Source: the human T2T-CHM13v2.0 reference genome, Homo sapiens. From it: 64,000 bases of DNA. Positions within the stretch are counted from its first letter, which is position 1, and each line of letters starts with the position of its first letter. The translations under genes were made by a program, and so were the position numbers. Of this stretch, positions 61,218-64,000 are shown piece by piece. The DNA lies in assembly GCF_009914755.1 (NCBI RefSeq), contig NC_060931.1; one strand, 5' to 3'. The notes beneath the pieces are model-generated. The model ran no database searches. It had not been told where the DNA came from and worked only from the letters and a program-made list of their open reading frames with translations.

Positions 61218-61449
61218 TCTGCTCACTGCAAACTCTGCCTTCCAGGCTCAGGTGATTCTCCTGCCTCAGCCTCCTGGGTAGCTGGGATTACAGGCACCAG
61301 CCGCCATGCCTGGCTAATTTTTGTATTTTTAGTAGAGACGGGGTTTCACCGTATTGGCCAGGCTGGTCTCAAACTCCTGACCTCAGGTGATTTGCCTGCC
61401 CCAGCCTCCCAAAGTGCGGAGATTTCAGGCATGACCCACTGTGCCGGCT
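61218..61449 (-). mobile_element. AluS lacking its 3' end
   Basis: Alu consensus without tail. Confidence 0.88.
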
Positions 61450-61894
61450 CAATGTGAACTCTTTGAAGAGGTTGAACAGGAGACGACATGATTGTATTTG
61501 CATTTTGAAAAGATCCACCATATCACTGCTTGCAAAATGGATCGGAAAGGACCAGAATGGATGCAGCAGGGGACCAAATGCTGGCTACTGTAGTAATTAT
61601 TATCAATAAGTAGACTGAGAAAATACAAACAGAACAGTAGGCAGAAAACCAGACGAAGGGAAGGGCAAGGCCATCACTAGATGTTATGAGAATTAGAAAG
61701 TGGTGCCGCCTCCAGGGAGGCCAAATTTTAAAAATGTTTGTGTTTATCCTGCTTGAAGTTCGCTGAGCTTTTTAGAATCTGTAGATTTATAGATCCTTTC
61801 AAATTCAGAAACTTCTAGTTATTTGTTCTTCAAATAAATAATAAGGAGTTCATCGGGTGTGTAAAGTTACCTATTTTATATGTATATTTGATGA

Positions 61895-62176
<282 letters not shown>

Positions 62177-62775
62177 GACATCTTTGGTTACTGGTCCATC
62201 TTTTCTTGATGAAGTCTGGCAGTTCCAGATAGTATTTATGAAATTTGTCAATTTTTCAATATTTATAAATTTGTAACATGTTGCGATTTCTTTTCTCATT
62301 TTAAATATGCACTTTTATACCTAATTTTGTATTTCTCATATTGAGGTTTTTTTTTTTTTTTTCCTTACAGAGATTCTACCAAATTGTGTAAGTTAGCCCA
62401 CCAAAACCTGGATCTGCCCCAATCCCAAGCAGCATGGGAGGTAATAATGACTTGGGTGAGAGTGTCACCCAAGGAATAGGTGTAACTAACAGGTTATCTC
62501 TGGCTTAGGCAGCTCCTCAATATCTCTTTCAGCTGAGAATCAGGTCTATTTTCTTGGTTTTAGAAGCTCGCCTACCAGGCCAGCATGAGCAGGGCAGGGC
62601 AGATGTGCCATCGGAGGTATTTAAACTATCAAATGCTGAGCATTTATGTGCACTGAGTTTGAAACAGATCTAGTGGACTAACCTGTAGGTCAAAGTCTTA
62701 CAGGAAGGTGGGCCCTGGAACTTGTGTCACCGGACTAGCAACTCAATGTCTGATCCATCCAAATGGAAGACTTCA

Positions 62776-62789
62776 GTTGCCATGGCAAT
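62776..62789. promoter_or_regulatory. Candidate RFX X-box GTTGCCATGGCAAT
   Basis: 13/14 match to the palindromic X-box GTTGCCATGGCAAC, in non-repeat-looking sequence. Confidence 0.5.
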
Positions 62790-62808
62790 TGACAAAGCTA
62801 TTTTGCTA

Positions 62809-62879
62809 AAATACCTACCTCAATTACCTAAATACCCCCCTCAGTTACCTAAATACCCCCCTCAGTTACCTAAATACCC
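62809..62879. repeat. 21-bp minisatellite AAATACCCCCCTCAGTTACCT, ~3.4 copies
   Basis: Units start at 62809, 62830, 62851 and 62872 (partial); middle two identical. Confidence 0.9.
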
Positions 62880-63166
62880 AAAGTCTCTCCATTAAAAACT
62901 CATTCTTTTGGATCTGGAAACAGTTCTGGAAGTTTAACACTACTTACTAAAATGTAAATCCCTCAGGGAAAAGTTACAGTTATATTATTTATGTAATCAC
63001 TAATTATACTAACAATTTTTTGTGAGATATGTAAATGCCTACCACTGTAAGTAAATGCCTACCTTTTCTCTCTCCATTATGAGAGTTGGTTAATCTGTAG
63101 GACTGGGGATGAAAGCTGGTTTTCATGGTGTGGGAATTTGAACAGAGTTCTGGTTGCATGAAGGTG

Positions 63167-63524
63167 TGTATTAGTCCATTTTTATGCTGCTGATAAAGAC
63201 ATACCAGAGACTGGACAATTTACAAAAGAAAGTGATTTATTGGACTTAACAGTTCCATGTGGCTGGGGAGGCCTCACAATCACAGTGGAAGGTGAAAGGC
63301 AAAAGGCACATCGCACATGGTGGCAGACAGGAGAACAGAGCTTGTGCAGGGAGAATGCCCTTTTACATCATATCTCAAGAGACATATTCACTGTCACAAG
63401 AATAGCATGGGAAAGACCCGCCCCCATGATTCAATTGCCTCCCAGGTCCTCCCACAACACGTGGGAATTGTGGGAGTTACAATTCAAGATGAGATTTGGG
63501 TGGGGGCACAGCCAAACCATATCA
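63167..63524 (-). mobile_element. THE1 solo LTR
   Basis: TGTATTAGTCC...CAGCCAAACCATATCA; TSD AGGTG/GGGTG. Confidence 0.92.
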
Positions 63525-64000
63525 GGGTGTGTCTTAGGTAGAGAGGCCAAAAGACAGCTTTCCTTCTCTGTTGTTTTGTCAAGCTCCACACATAGAAGGT
63601 GCTAGAAAGTAAGTATTTTGTTACAGTTAGGAAATTTAGAGGCAGAGCAAAGAACCAACTTGAAATTGCTTAAAGTATCAACATGAAAGAAATTGTGTTA
63701 GAATTAATAGTGATTGAGTTTCTTCTTTAGCCTTTAAGGGAGCTGTTTAGTTTCTGTTAAGGTGATTGTAGAGGTGTTAAAAAATGTCTGACTTGTCTCA
63801 TTGCATCTGCTTTCTATGGTTAGTAACATTAAGGGAGTATTGTAATAACTTTGATATAAGTTAGTTTACTGTTTCTAGGTTTATGAGGCAATATTTCTTA
63901 CACACATTTCTGTGCCTTTTTATTATTCACTTACATATCTCCATATATTATTCTACCAGTACTCTCTCCATGAAAAGTTATATTTTCTAGACATTATCTT

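Noticed and set aside
62809-62879. CRISPR-like array
   Set aside because: Contiguous 21-bp tandem units with no unique spacers, in a human context; ordinary minisatellite

Overview
Human (primate) genomic DNA containing the 5' half of SLC26A5 (prestin, the outer-hair-cell motor protein) on the minus strand. It includes a CpG-island promoter with non-coding exon 1 (~42.5-42.65 kb), non-coding exon 2 (39524-39652) and six coding exons (17804-17955, 17179-17318, 9443-9553, 7861-8027, 6826-6990, 4292-4444). These splice in frame through GT-AG junctions to give residues 1-296; the rest of the gene lies left of the window. Most other sequence is repeat: ~27 Alu/monomer copies, L1PA/L1M/L2/MIR, THE1/MST/MLT1 solo LTRs and hAT/mariner MITEs. 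A ~15-kb block of three head-to-tail L1PA elements sharing one 3' end lies 2.2 kb upstream of the promoter. I found no new protein-coding system; nearly all other ORFs in the track are Alu/L1 artefacts. The most unusual structures are two short, apparently locally templated copies in intron 2: a duplicated RNY3 pseudogene carrying the same flank, and a 175-bp chimeric inverted duplication. Other leads are the nested/recombined L1 block, a strong one-strand bias of retro-insertions, and candidate prestin regulatory signals (uORF, nuclear-receptor IR4/RORE, RFX X-box, atypical splice sites). Repeat subfamily calls and boundaries are by eye and approximate.
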